DNA of 64,000 nucleotides, taken from the NCBI GenBank assembly GCA_030390025.1, contig JASTWF010000034.1:4774001-4838000 (forward strand), given 5' to 3'. The stretch is from Squalus acanthias (lineage: Eukaryota). Shown here in pieces: positions 47,862 to 59,719 of this stretch (position 1 is the first letter of the stretch; the number at the start of each line of letters is the position of its first letter). The translations under genes and the position numbers were made by a program. A model generated the notes under the pieces. The model saw nothing but the letters and a program-made list of their open reading frames with translations. It was not told the DNA's origin and searched no databases.

Positions 47862-50800
47862 GCGCATGATTTCAAAGTTTGAAAATGACAAAACTCGGAA
47901 ATGTTAATAAACAGTGAGAATGATAGTAACAGACTTCAGGAGGACGCAGACAGACTGGTGTAATAGGCAGATACATGGCAGATACAATTTAACACAGAGA
48001 AGGGTGAAGTAATACATGTTGGTAGGAAGCATGAGCAGAGGCAATATCAACTAAACGGTACAATTTCAAAGCGGGTGCACGATCAGAGAGACCTGGTGTG
48101 TACTTACACAAATCATTGAAGGTGACAGGACAAGTAGCGATGGCTGTTAATAAAGCATACGGAGTCCTTGGCTTTACAAACAGAGACACAGAGTAACAAA
48201 ATCCAGGTAGAAATGTTAACCTATTAAAAATCATTGGTTAGACCCCAGCTGGAGTATTGTGTCCAATTCTGAGCACCACACTTTGGCAAGCATGTCAAGG
48301 ATTAGAGAAGGTGTAGAGGAGATTTACCAGAATGGTACCAGGGATCTGGGACTTCAATTACGTGCAGAGTCAGGAGAAGCTGGGATTGTTCTTTTTAGAG
48401 CAGCGAAGGTTAAGAATCACAGAATTGTAGAATCATAGAAATTTATGGCACAGAAGGAGGCCATTTGGCCTATTGCATCTGCGCCGGTCGAAATAGAGCT
48501 ATCCAGCTTAATCCCACTTTCCAGCTCTTGGTCCGTAGCCCTGTCGGTGATGGCACTTCAAGTGCATATCCAAGTACGTTTTAAACGTGATGAGGGTTTC
48601 TGCCTCTACCACCCTTTCAGGCCTTGAGTTTCAGACCCGCACCACCCTCTGGGTGAAACAAATTCTCATCTCCCGTCTAATCCTTCTACCAATTACTTTA
48701 ATTCTATTCTCCTTGGTTATTGACCTCTCTGCCAGGGGAAATAGGTGCTTGCTATCCACTCTATCTAGGCCCCTCATAATTTTATACACCTCAAATAAAT
48801 CTCCCCTCCGCCTCCTCTGTTCCAATTTAAAGAACCCCAGACTATTCTCCAGTCTTGGCAACATCCACATAAATCACCTCTATAATGTCTCAAATGTAAT
48901 CACATCTTTCCTGTAATTTTTTGACCAAAATTGTACGCAGTATTCTGGCTGTGGCCTAATTGGTGTTTTATACAGTTCTAGCATAAACTCCCTGCTGTTA
49001 TATTCTATGCTTCGGCTAATAAAGCAACGTATTGGTGGACATATGAGGAGAGGTTGAGTAGATTGGGACTCTACTCATTGGAGTTCAGAAGAATGAGAGG
49101 CGATCTTATTGAAACATATAAGATTGTGAAGGGGCTTGATCGGGTGGATGCGGTAAGGATGTTCCCAAGGATGGGTGAAACTAGAACTAGGGGGCATAAT
49201 CTTAGAATAAGAGGCTGCCCTTTCAAAACTGAGATGAGGAGAAACTTCTTCACTCAGAGGGTAGTAGGTCTGTGGAATTTGCTGCCCCAGGAAGCTGTGG
49301 AAGCTACATCATTAAATAAATTTAAAACAGAAATAGACAGTTTCCTAGAAGTAAAGGGAATTAGGCGTTACGGGGAGTGGGCATGAAATTGGACATGAGG
49401 CTGAGTTCGGATCGGTCAGGGCCATGTGGGTGGCGGAGCGGGCCCAGGGGCTGAGTGGCCGGGTCCGGCTCCGACTTCTTGTGTTCTTGAGATTTGAGGT
49501 TAGGATCAGATCAGCCATGATCTTATTGAATGGCGGAGCAGGCTCGAGGGGCCGATTGGCCTACTCCTTTGCCTATTTCTTATGTTCTTATCCCACATGC
49601 CTTTTTAACTACCCTGTCTACATGTCCTGATAGTTTTAGAGATATGTGGAAATGTACTCCAAGGTCCCTCTGTTCCACTGCTTCTCTCAGTATCCTACCA
49701 TTTATTGTGTATTCCTTTTTTTTTAGCCCGCCACAAATGCATTACCTCACATTTCTCCGAAATGAAGTCTATTTGCCACTGTTCTGCCCACCTGACCAGT
49801 CCATTGATATCTTCTTGCATTCTACAGCTTTCTTCCTCACTATCAACCACACGGCCAATTTTTGTATCACGTGCAAACTTCTTCATCATGGCCCCAACAC
49901 TGAAGTCTAAATCATTGATATATACCACAAATAGCAGGGGACCTAGTACTGAGCCCTGTGGAACCCCACTGGAAACAACCTTCCATTCACAAAGAACACC
50001 TGTTGACCATTACGACCTTTGCTTCCTGCCACTGAGCCAATTTTGGATCCAACTTGCCACTTTCCCTTGAATCCAATGACCAACCTGTCATGTGGGACCT
50101 TGTCAAAGGCCTTACTAATATCTACGTGGACTACATCAAATACACTCCCCTCATCGACCCTCCTCATTACCTCCACAAAAAATTCAATCCAGTTAGTCAG
50201 ACACGACCTTCCCTTAACATTACCATGCTGACTGTCCTTGATTAATCTGTGCCTTTCTAAATACCGATTTATACTGCCCCTCAGAATCTTTCAATATTTT
50301 TTTCCACCACCAAGGTTAGACTGACTGCCCTGTAATTACTCAGTCTATTCCTTTCTCCCTTTTTAAACAATGGCACAACGTTAGCAGTCCTCCAGTCCTC
50401 TGGCATCATGCCTGTAGCCAGAGAGGATTGGAAAATGATGGTCTGAGCCTCCGCTATTTCCTCTCTTAAAAGCCTGGGATACATTTCATCCGAGCCCCGT
50501 GATTTATCTACTTTCAAAGATGCTAAACACCTTAATGTTTCCTCTCTCACTATGTTTGTCTCATCTAATATTTCACACAACTCCTCCTTAACTACAATGT
50601 CTGCATCGTCTCACTCTTCTGTGAAGACAGAAATTAAGTATTTATTAAGAACCATATCCACGTCTTCCGCCTCTACACACAGATTACATTTTGGTCTGTA
50701 ATAGGCCAGACTCTTTCCTTACTTATCCTCCGACTCTTGATGTATATATCAAATATTATTGGGTTTTCCTTGATTTTACTTGACAATATTTTTTCATGAC

Positions 50801-51540
50801 ATCTCTTTGCTTTCCTAATTTACTTTTTAATTTCACTCCTGCACTTTCTGTACCCCTCTAGGCTTTCTGTAGTATTACGCTCTCGGTATGTGACAAAAGC
50901 TTCCCTTTTTTCCCCCCTTATCCTACCCTGTATTCCCTTTGACAACTAGGGGAATCTGGATTTGGAAATCCAATCCTTTATCTTTTTGGGAATATATTTG
51001 CTCTTAGCCCTCACTATCTCCTCGTTGAATGCTTCCCACGTCTCCAAACTGATTTCCAATTAAGAAGCTGTTTCCAGTCCACTTTTCCTAAATTACAACT
51101 CAGCTTAGTAAATTTGGTCTTTCCCCAAATTGAAAACATTTAAACCTGGTCTTTCTTTGTCCTTTTCCATTAGAGGAGATTTAATATAGATTATCCAGAT
51201 TGTAATGGGTTTTGATAGAGCAAGTAAGTCGGTTTCCAGAGGCAGAATGATGGGTAACCAGAGGAAATAAATTTGAAGTAATTGGATAAAGAACCAGAGT
51301 AGAGATGAGAATTTTCTTCAAGCAGTGAGTTTTGATCTAGAATGCACTGACTGAGAACGTGGTGGAAGCAGATTCAATGGTAAATTTCGAAAGGGAATGG
51401 GGTAATTGGATGAAGGGGAATTTATTATGGGGCTCTGATTAAAGATTAGGACTGAATAAATAACTCTTTCAAAGAGACGGCATGGACACGATGGGCCGAA
51501 TGGTCTCTGTATGTGATGTACCGTTCTATGATTCTATGAG
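47862..51540. mobile_element. Three-level nested CR1 cluster: plus host (47862-48415 and 51171-51540), minus CR1 (48416-51170), plus CR1 3' end (49034-49590)
   Basis: Host reads GAAGGTTAAG | AGAGGAGATTTAAT across the insert; the middle element reads AAAGCAACGTAT | TCCCACATGCC across the inner insert. Confidence 0.85.
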
Positions 51541-51724
51541 CAAGAGACAGAGAGAGAGAGAGAGAAGAGGGAGAGAGAGAAAGGGAGAAAGAGAGAAATA
51601 AAAATAGAGACTGAAAGACAGGGAGAGGTACAGAGGGAAGGAAATTAACTTTAAAAGGGGAAATGGATAAATACCTGAAGGGGAATAATTTGCAGGACTA
51701 TGGGAAAAGAGCAAGGGAATGGGA

Positions 51725-52235
51725 ATAATTTCAGGGGTGAGGCCATGGTGGGATTTGAGCATGAAGAGAAGAATATTTAAATCGAGTTGTTGCCGGATCG
51801 GCAGCCAATGTTGGTCAGTGATCACAGGGGTGATGGGTGAACTGGACATGATGTGTGTTAGGATAGGGGCAGCAGAGTTTTGAATGAGCTCTAGTTTATG
51901 GAGGCGTGTTTCTGGGAGGCCGGCCGGGGGAACATTGGAATAGTCGAGTCTGGATTTAACAAAGGCACGGATGAGGGTTTATGCAGCAGAAGGGCTGAGG
52001 TGGAGCGGAGATGGGTGAAATTTTGGAGGTGGTAGTCGGCAGGAATGGTGATTCAGAGGATATGATTTCGGAACTCAGCTCAGGGACAAAGAGATCGCAG
52101 AGGTTGCAAACAGCCTGGTTCACATTGACCAGGGAGGGGGCCTGAATAGGTAGATAGAGAATGGAGTTTGTGACTAGGACCGAAGACAATTGCTTCGCTC
52201 TTCCCAAGATTTAAATGACAACAGCAATTCAGTGA
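51725..52235 (-). mobile_element. Decayed L2-type LINE fragment
   Basis: Similar to 63175-64000; ITPV..QHWLPI.Q and LN.GKSEAIVFGP remnants. Confidence 0.75.
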
Positions 52236-52458
52236 AACGTGGTTTACAGACCCAATTTCTGGATATAGAGACTTACTGGGACACCAACAGCAGCAAAGAA
52301 TGGAGAATAGTAATACAGTTAGCAAAGGTTTGCAGGGTTAGTAGCTGGATAGAGAGACTTACCTGGAACAACAACCGCAGCAAGGAGGGGAGAGTAAATG
52401 ACAAGAACAGTAGTACAGTAAAACATGGTTAACAGTATAGCTGAATAGAGAGACTTAC

Positions 52459-52723
52459 CAGGAACACCAACAGCAGCAAGGAGCGGATAGTAAATGTATT
52501 GAATAATCAGAAGTGCCAAATCTATCCGAGCGTCTAATGATAGATCATCATAATTTTCTGAAAGAATGTCAAACTGCCAGCTGAAACTCCTGCCCATTGT
52601 TGTAGCATTCCAATCTACTGTTCTCAGATTCTGCTCCATTGTTGTAACATTCCAATCTACTGTTCTCAGATTCCGACCCATTGTTGTAACATTCCAATCT
52701 ACTGTTCTCAGATTCTGATCCAT
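52459..52723 (-). CDS. GPR139-like: Exon 1 of class A GPCR (GPR139/GPR142-like): repeat-built N-terminus plus first half of TM1
   Basis: First ATG of the open frame is at 52723 in context ACAACAATGG. It reads MDQNLRTVDWNVTT...IIQYIYYPLLAAVGVP and ends CCTG|GTAAGT (phase 1, donor at 52458). The join to exon 2 gives GVP-V-NLVTIVILSR, the expected TM1 GxPxN motif. The true start could be any of 52723, 52681, 52639 or 52597. Confidence 0.82.
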
Positions 52724-52760
52724 TGTTGTAACATTCCAATCTACTGTTCTCAGATTCCGA
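52593..52760 (-). repeat. 42-bp coding tandem repeat x4 (NLRTVDWNVTTMxx)
   Basis: ATGs at 52723, 52681, 52639 and 52597, exactly 42 bp apart. Confidence 0.95.
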
Positions 52761-52894
52761 CTCCCTCTCTGTGGAGCAGCGCGCTGATCCCTGTCAGTGC
52801 CGGAGGCGATGCTCTCACTGACACTATGGATAACACATTGAAAGGAATCCCTTATTAATAGAAGAGGGAAACCCTGCACTGATACAATTAGAGT

Positions 52895-52998
52895 CCATGG
52901 AGACTGACATTAATTACACTCACTGAACAAACATCTTCAGTTAACCCGTGGAGACTGACATTAATTACAGTCACTGAACAAACAGCTTCAGTTAACCC
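52895..52998. repeat. 51-bp direct duplication upstream of GPCR exon 1
   Basis: CC(A/G)TGGAGACTGACATTAATTACA(C/G)TCACTGAACAAACA(T/G)CTTCAGTTAAC twice. Confidence 0.85.
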
Positions 52999-53049
52999 CT
53001 TTCAATCCAACACTTTTTGTACCACAGTAAAGTAGAACATTTACCCGGT

Positions 53050-54930
53050 CCGGATGGGAAGTATGAGGATTGCTGAGGGAAGGAATGTTGGAAATAGCGC
53101 AGGCTCTGGCCAGAATATTTCAATCCTCCTCGGATATGGGAGTGGAGCCATAGGACAAGAGGTTTGCATATGTTATACCCTGTTTAAAAAAGGAGAGGGG
53201 GATAAATCCTGTAACTGCAGTCCAGTCAGCCTAACGTCAGTGGTGGGGAAACTTCTAGAGCCCATATTCACAGAGAAAAGTATCTCTCTTTGGAAAAAAC
53301 ATGGATTGATAAATGACAACCAGCACAGATATGTTAACGGCAAAGTGTGTCTGACAAACTTTGATTTTTGTTCTTTGATGAAGTAACGGAAAGGGTTGAT
53401 GAGGGTAGTGTGGCTGATGTTGTGTATATGGACATTCAAAATGCATTTGATGAAGTACAATTGAATAGACTTGTTCGGACCAAAGGGACAGTGGCAGTGG
53501 GGATCTGACATTGGCTAAGGGACAGAAAACTGAGAGTAGTGGTGAACGGTTGTTGTTCAGACTGGAGGGAAGTGTACAGTGGTATCCCCAGATGTCGCTA
53601 TTCGACAACTGCTCTTTTTGATATACATTAATGATATAGACTTTTATATATATATATTTACACAGAGCGGGATAGTAGTAGGCTTCAGGAGGACATAGAC
53701 AGACTGTTGAAATGAGCAAAGTGATGAAAGGTGCCGTCGACAGTGCTATTATGTGGCACTTACTCACTAATAACCTTCTCACCGATGCCCAGTTTGAGTT
53801 CCGGCAGGACCACTCGGCTCCAGACTTCATTACAGCCTTGGTCCAAACATGGACAAAGGAGCTGAATTCCAGAGGTGAGGTGAGAGTGACTGCCCTTGAC
53901 ATCAAGGCAGCATTGGACTGAGTGCGGCATCAAGGAGCCCCAGTAAAATTGTGTCAATGGAAAGCAGGGGGAAAACTCTCCACTGGCTCAAGTCATACCC
54001 GGCACAACGGAAGATGGTTGTGGTTTTTGTAGGTCAATCATCACAGCCTCAGGACATCGCTGCAGCAGTGTGATGGAATACTCTCCACTTGTCTGGATTA
54101 GTGCAGCTCCAACAACACTCAAGAAGCTCGACATCATCCAGGACAAAGCAGCCCACTCGATTGGTAGCGCATCCATCACCATAAAGGGGTAGAGAGGGTG
54201 GTAAAAAGGGAGGGGGTCGCGGTATTGATTAAAGAAACTATTGTAGCTGTGAGGAGAGATGATATGTTGGAGGGATCATCAAACGAGGCCATATGGGTCG
54301 AATGGAAAAACAAAAAAGGGGCGACCACACTGCTGGGAATGTACTATAGACCCCCAAACAGTGAGAGGGAGAAAGAAGAGCAAATAAGTCGACACATTTC
54401 TGAGAAGTGCAAAAACTATAGGGTAGTAATAGTAGGGGATTTCAACTACCCCAATATTAACTGGGATAGGTCGGTTTGTTCTCCTTGGAACAGAGGAGGC
54501 CTGCTCCTGCTCCTATTTCTTATGTTATGTTCTTAAACATTCACTCCCTCCACCACCGGCGCACCGTGGCTGCAGTTTGTACCATCTACAAGATGCACTG
54601 CAACAACTTGCCAAGGTTTCTTCGCCAGTACCTCCCAAACATGCAGCCTCTACCACCTAGAAGGACAAGGGCAGCAGGAGCATGGGAGCACCATTACCTG
54701 TAACTTCCCCACCAAGTTACACATTATCCTGACTTGGAAGTATATCACCATTCCTTCATTGTCGCTGGGTCAAAATCCTGCAACTCCCTCCATAACAGCA
54801 CAGTGGGAGCGCCTTTCCATCACCGACTGCAGCGGTTCACCACCACCTTCTCAAGGGCAACTAGGGATGGGCAATAAATGCAAGGCGTGCCAGCGATGAC
54901 CACAGCCCATGAATGAATAAAAAATAAAAA
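53050..54930 (+). mobile_element. Mosaic of decayed LINE fragments (CR1 53050-53705 and 54185-54530; second family 53710-54182 and 54535-54930)
   Basis: PVSLTSVVGKLLE; AQFEFRQDHSAPD and VTALDIKAA; YYRPPN and GDFNYP; 3' end GGGCAATAAATGC. Confidence 0.8.
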
Positions 54931-54949
54931 CAAAATAGACGGCAAATGA

Positions 54950-57900
54950 AATTCCATAAATTGCTTAGATTTTAGAACGTTTGCCGCGGATTGGAATGTA
55001 GCAAACGTAACCCCAATATTTAAGAAAGGAGGGAGAGAGAAAACGGGGAACTACAGACCAGTTTTCCTGACATCAGTAGTAGGGAAAATGCTAAAATATA
55101 TTAAGGACGTAGTAACAGGGCACTTAGAAAATTATAATAGGATTGGGCAGAGTCAACACTGATTTATGAAAGGGAAATCGTGTTTCACAAATTTGTTAGA
55201 GTTTTTTGAGGTTGTAACTAGCAGAACAGATAAGGGGGAGACAGTAGATGTGGTGGATTTGGATTTTCAGAAGACATTCGATAAGGGGCCACACAAGAGG
55301 TTATTAAACAGGATGGAGAAGGAAACAGTTAAGTCAGAGACCATGGTCCAGAACTTAAATAAGGGCAACTTTGAAGGTATGAGGCGTGAATTGGCGAGGT
55401 TAAATTGGGAAGCGATATTTAAGGGGCTATCAGTGGAAGGGCAATGGCAGACATTTAGAGATCGCATGGATGAACTACAACAATTGTACATCCCGGTCTG
55501 GCGTAAAAATAAAAAAGGGAAGGTGGCTCAACCATGGCTAACAAGGGAAATCAGGGATAGTATTAAAACCAAGGAAGTTGCATACAAATTGGCCAGAAGT
55601 AGCAGCAAACCCGGGGACTGGGAGAACTTCAAAACTCAGCAGAGGAGAACGAAGGGTTTGATTAGGGCAGGGAAAATAAAATATGAAAGGAAGCTTGCAG
55701 AGAACATTAAAATGGACTGCAAAAGCTTCTATAAATATGTAAAAAGAAAGAGGTTAGTAAAAACAAACGTAGGTCCCCTGCAGTCGGAAACAGGGGAAGT
55801 CGTAATGGGGAACAAGGAAATGGCAGATCAATTGAACAAGTACTTTGGTTCGGTGTTTACTGTGGAGGACACACACAACCTGCCGGAAATAAAAGGGGTC
55901 AGAGGATCTGGTAAGAGGGAGGAGCTGAGGGAAATCCTTATTAGTCGGGAAAAGGTATTGGAGAAATTGATGGGACTGAAGGCTGAAAAATTCCCGGGGC
56001 CTGATGGTCTGCATCCAAGAGTACTTAAGGAGGTGGCCTTGGAAATAGTGGATGCATTGACGATCATTTTCCAACATTCCTTAGACTCTGGATCAGTTCC
56101 GATGGAGTGGAGGGTGGCCAATGTAACCCCTCTTTTTAAAAAAGGAGGGAGGGAGAAAGCAGGGAATTATAGACCGGTCAGCCTGACATCGGTCGTGGGT
56201 AAAATGATGGAAGCAATTATTAAAGATGTCATAACAGACCATTTGGAAAGTGGCGACATGATATGTCCAAGTCAGCACGGATTTGTGAAAGGGAAATCAT
56301 GCTTGACAAATCTTCTGTAATTTTTTGAGGATGTTTCCAATAGGGTGGACAGGGGGGAATCAGTAGATGTGGTGTATTTGGACTTTCAGAAGGCCTTCGA
56401 CAAGGTCCCACACAAGAGATTGGTGAGCAAAGTTAAAGCACATGGGATTGGGGGTAATGTGTTGACGTGGATTGAGAACTGGTTGGCAGACAGGAAACAA
56501 AGAGTAGGAGTAAATGGGTACTTTTCAGAATGGCAGGCAGTGACCAGCGGGGTACCGCAGGGTTCGGTGCTGGGACCCCAGCTGTTTACATTATATATTA
56601 ATGATTTGGACGAAGGGATTAAATGTAATATCTCCAAATTTGCGGATGACAGTAAATTGGGAGGCAGTGTGAACAATGAGGAGGATGGTAGGAGGCTACA
56701 GAGTGACTTGGACAGGTTGGGTGAATGGGCAAATGTATGGCAGATGAAGTACAATGTGGATAAATGTGAGGTTATCCACTTTGGTGGTAAACATAGAGAG
56801 GCGGACTATTACCTGAATGGTGGCAAATTAGGGAAAGGGGAGGTGCAACGAGACCTGGGCGCCATGGTACATCAGTCACTGAAGTTGGGAATGCAAGTGC
56901 AGCAGGCAGTCAAGAAAGCAAACGGAATGATGGCCTTCATAGTAAGGGGATTTGAGTACAGGAGTAGGGAGGTGATGCTGCAGTTGTACAGGGCCTTGGT
57001 GAGGCCACACCTGGAGTATTGTGCGCAGTTTTGGTCTCCTAAATTAAGGAAGGACATTCTTGCTATTGAGGGAGTGCAGCGAAGGTTCACTGGATTGATT
57101 CCTGGGATGGCCGGACTGACATATCAAGAAAGATTGGGTCAACTGAACTTGTATCCTCTGGAGTTCAGAAGAATGAGGGGGGATCTTATAGAGACATTTA
57201 AAATCCTGACTGGTTTAGGCAAATTAGATGCGGGCAGAATGTTCCCAATGTTAGGGAAAACTAGAACCAGGGGTTACAGTCTAAGGATTAAGGGGAAGCC
57301 ATTTAAGACTGAGCTGAGGAGGAACTTCTTCACCCAGAGAGTGGTGAATCTATGGAATTCTCTTCCACAGAAGGTTGTTGAGGCCAGTTCGCTAAATATA
57401 TTCAAAAGGGAGTTAGATATAACACTCACAACTAGGGGGATCAAGGGGTATGGCGAGAAAGCAGGAATGGGGTACTGAGGTAGCATGTTCAGCCAAGAAC
57501 GCATTGAATGGCGGTGCAGGCTCGAAGGACCGAATGGTCTACTCCTGTACCTATTTGCTATGCTGTGCTATGCTATGCTAAAATGGGATTGGGGGTAATA
57601 TTCTAGCATGGGTTCAGGATTGGTTAACGGACAGAAAACAGAGAATAGCAATAAACGAGTCACTTTCGGTTTGGCAGGCTGTAACTAGTGGGGTACCGCA
57701 AGAATCAGTGTTTGGGCCACAGTTATTTACGATATATATCAATACTTTGGATGAGGGGACCAAATGCAATATATCCATGTTTGCTGATGATAAAAAGCTG
57801 GGTGGGAATGTAAGTTGTGAGGAGGATGCAAGGAGGCTTCAAGGGGATATAGAAAGGCTATGTGAATGGGCAAGAACATGGCAAATGGAATATAATGTGG

Positions 57901-58692
57901 AGAAATGTGCAGTTATGAAAAATAGTAAAGCAAAGTATGTTTTAAATGTTGAGAGATTGGGAAATGTTGGTGTTCAGAGGGACCTGGGTGTCCTTGTACA
58001 TGAATCACTGAAAGGTAACATGCAGGTACAGCAAATAATTCGGAAAGCAAATGGTATGTTGGCCTTTATTACAAGAGGATTTGAATATAAGAGTAAAGAC
58101 GTCTTACTGCAATTATATAAGGCCCTGGTGAGACCACACCAGCAGTACTGTGTACAGTGTTGGTCTCCTTACCTAAGGAAGGATATAATTGCCAAATAGG
58201 GAGTGCAACGAAGGTTCACCAGACTGGTTCCTGGGATGGGGGGATTGTCCTATGAGGACAGATTGAGTAGACTAGGCCTATGTTCTCTAGAATTTAGAAG
58301 AATGAGAGGTAATCTCATGGAAATATATAAAATTCTTAGAGGGCTTAACAGGGTAGATGCAGTGAGGATGTTTCCCCTGGCTCAGGAGTCTAGAACAAGG
58401 GCTCACAGTCTCAGCAAAAGACGTCGGCCAGTTAGGTCCGAGATGAGGAGAAAATCCTTCACTCAGAGGGTGGGGAATCTTTGCAATTCTCTCCCCCAGA
58501 GGGCGGTGGATGCTCAGTCGTTGAGTATATTCAAGACAGAGATTGAAAGATTTTTGAATATTTAGGGAATCAAGGGATATGGGGATAGTTCAGGAAAGTG
58601 GAGTTGAGGTAGAAGATCAGCCATGACCTTATTGAATGGCGGAGCAGGATCGATGGGCCAAATGGCCTACTCCTGCTCCTATTTCATATGTT
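54950..58692 (+). mobile_element. CR1 host (54950-55309 and 57583-58692) interrupted by a younger CR1
   Basis: RT sequence resumes (ATGGGATTGGGGGTAAT) after the insert's tail. Confidence 0.88.
55310..57582 (+). mobile_element. Young 5'-truncated CR1, same subfamily as 3410-7135; ORF2 open except for one stop at 56318-56320
   Basis: Near-identical to 4865-7120; ORFs 55166-56320 and 56345-57478 are in the same frame. Confidence 0.95.
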
Positions 58693-58954
58693 CCTATTTT
58701 CTAACTCTCAATATCTATCCCTGTCTTTCTCTTCCCTCTGCCTCTCTCAGCCTGTCTGTCTCTCTCTGGCTGTCTGTGGCTCTGCCCCTGACTCTCTGTC
58801 TCTCTATTTCTATCTCTCAATCTGCCCACTCTCATTGTTTCTATTTCTCTCTTTGTGTCTGTCTGACTCTCTCTATGGTCCGCTCAATGACCCTCCCAAT
58901 GTCTCGCTCTATGTTTCAGTCAATGTCTCTCTCAATGTCCCTCTCAATGTATCC

Positions 58955-59220
58955 CTGATTTTAATCACTCCCCCATTGGTGGCCATGCCTTCAGCTGCCT
59001 GGGCCCTAAGCTCTGGAATTCTGACCGTAAACCTCTCTGCTTCTCTCTCCTCCATCAAGACGCTCCTTAAAAATTACCTCTTTGACCAAGCTTTTGGTTA
59101 TCTGCCCAAATATCTCCTCATGTGGCTCGATGTCAAATGTTGTTTGATAAATTCCTGTGAAGCGCCTTGGGACGTTTTACTACGTTAAAGGCGCTGTAAA
59201 AATATAAGTTGTTGTTGTGT
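58955..59220 (+). mobile_element. L2-type 3' end
   Basis: CTAAGCTCTGGAATT...AAGACGCTCCTTAAAA...CTCTTTGACCAAGCTTTT...TTACTACGTTAAAGGCGCTG...GTTGTTGTTG. Confidence 0.8.
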
Positions 59221-59404
59221 TTTGCTTATTTCCAATTTAAGAATTAACAATGAACTTTACTCCCTTGTTAATTGGCTATCATACCCAATTTAACAATTAA
59301 CTGGATCGATAGCAAAATACTGCGGATGCTGGAAATCTGAAATAACAACAGAAAACGCTGGAAAAACTCAGCAGGCCAGGCAGCATCCGTGGAGAGAGAA
59401 AGAG

Positions 59405-59441
59405 AGTTAACGTTTCAGGTCGATGACCTTTCATCAGAACT
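59405..59441 (-). ncRNA. Minimal type I hammerhead ribozyme motif (family 2)
   Basis: AGTT-CTGATGA-A-AGGTC-ATC-GACCT-GAAA-CGTT-AACT: perfect stems I and II, palindromic AACGTT. Confidence 0.78.
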
Positions 59442-59719
59442 GTGAAGAGCCGGAAATCAAATAGATTTAAGGCCAGAGTAAAGCTGGGAAAAGGGGGAGG
59501 GGATAAAAGAACAAAGGGGGAGATGAAGAGACATTAAGAGACATTAAGAGATATGCAAGGCTAGAGGTGGTGTAAATGTGACAGATTAAGGCTGAAAGAA
59601 GTGTGAAATCCACTGGCAGAATGAAGGACAGCTGCCAGCTTCTAGGAGGAAAAAAAAAGGTGGGGGGTGGCAAATAAAAGGGTGGAAAAAATAAAATATA
59701 AATGTGATTGGAGCTGAGG

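Noticed and set aside
52724..52879. ORF-track start at 52879 for the GPCR
   Set aside because: It is a GTG; the first in-frame ATG is 52723, so the upstream part is more likely 5'UTR.
55166..56320. 384-aa ORF as a novel gene
   Set aside because: Chance in-frame fusion of a host CR1 RT fragment with an inserted CR1 ORF2.
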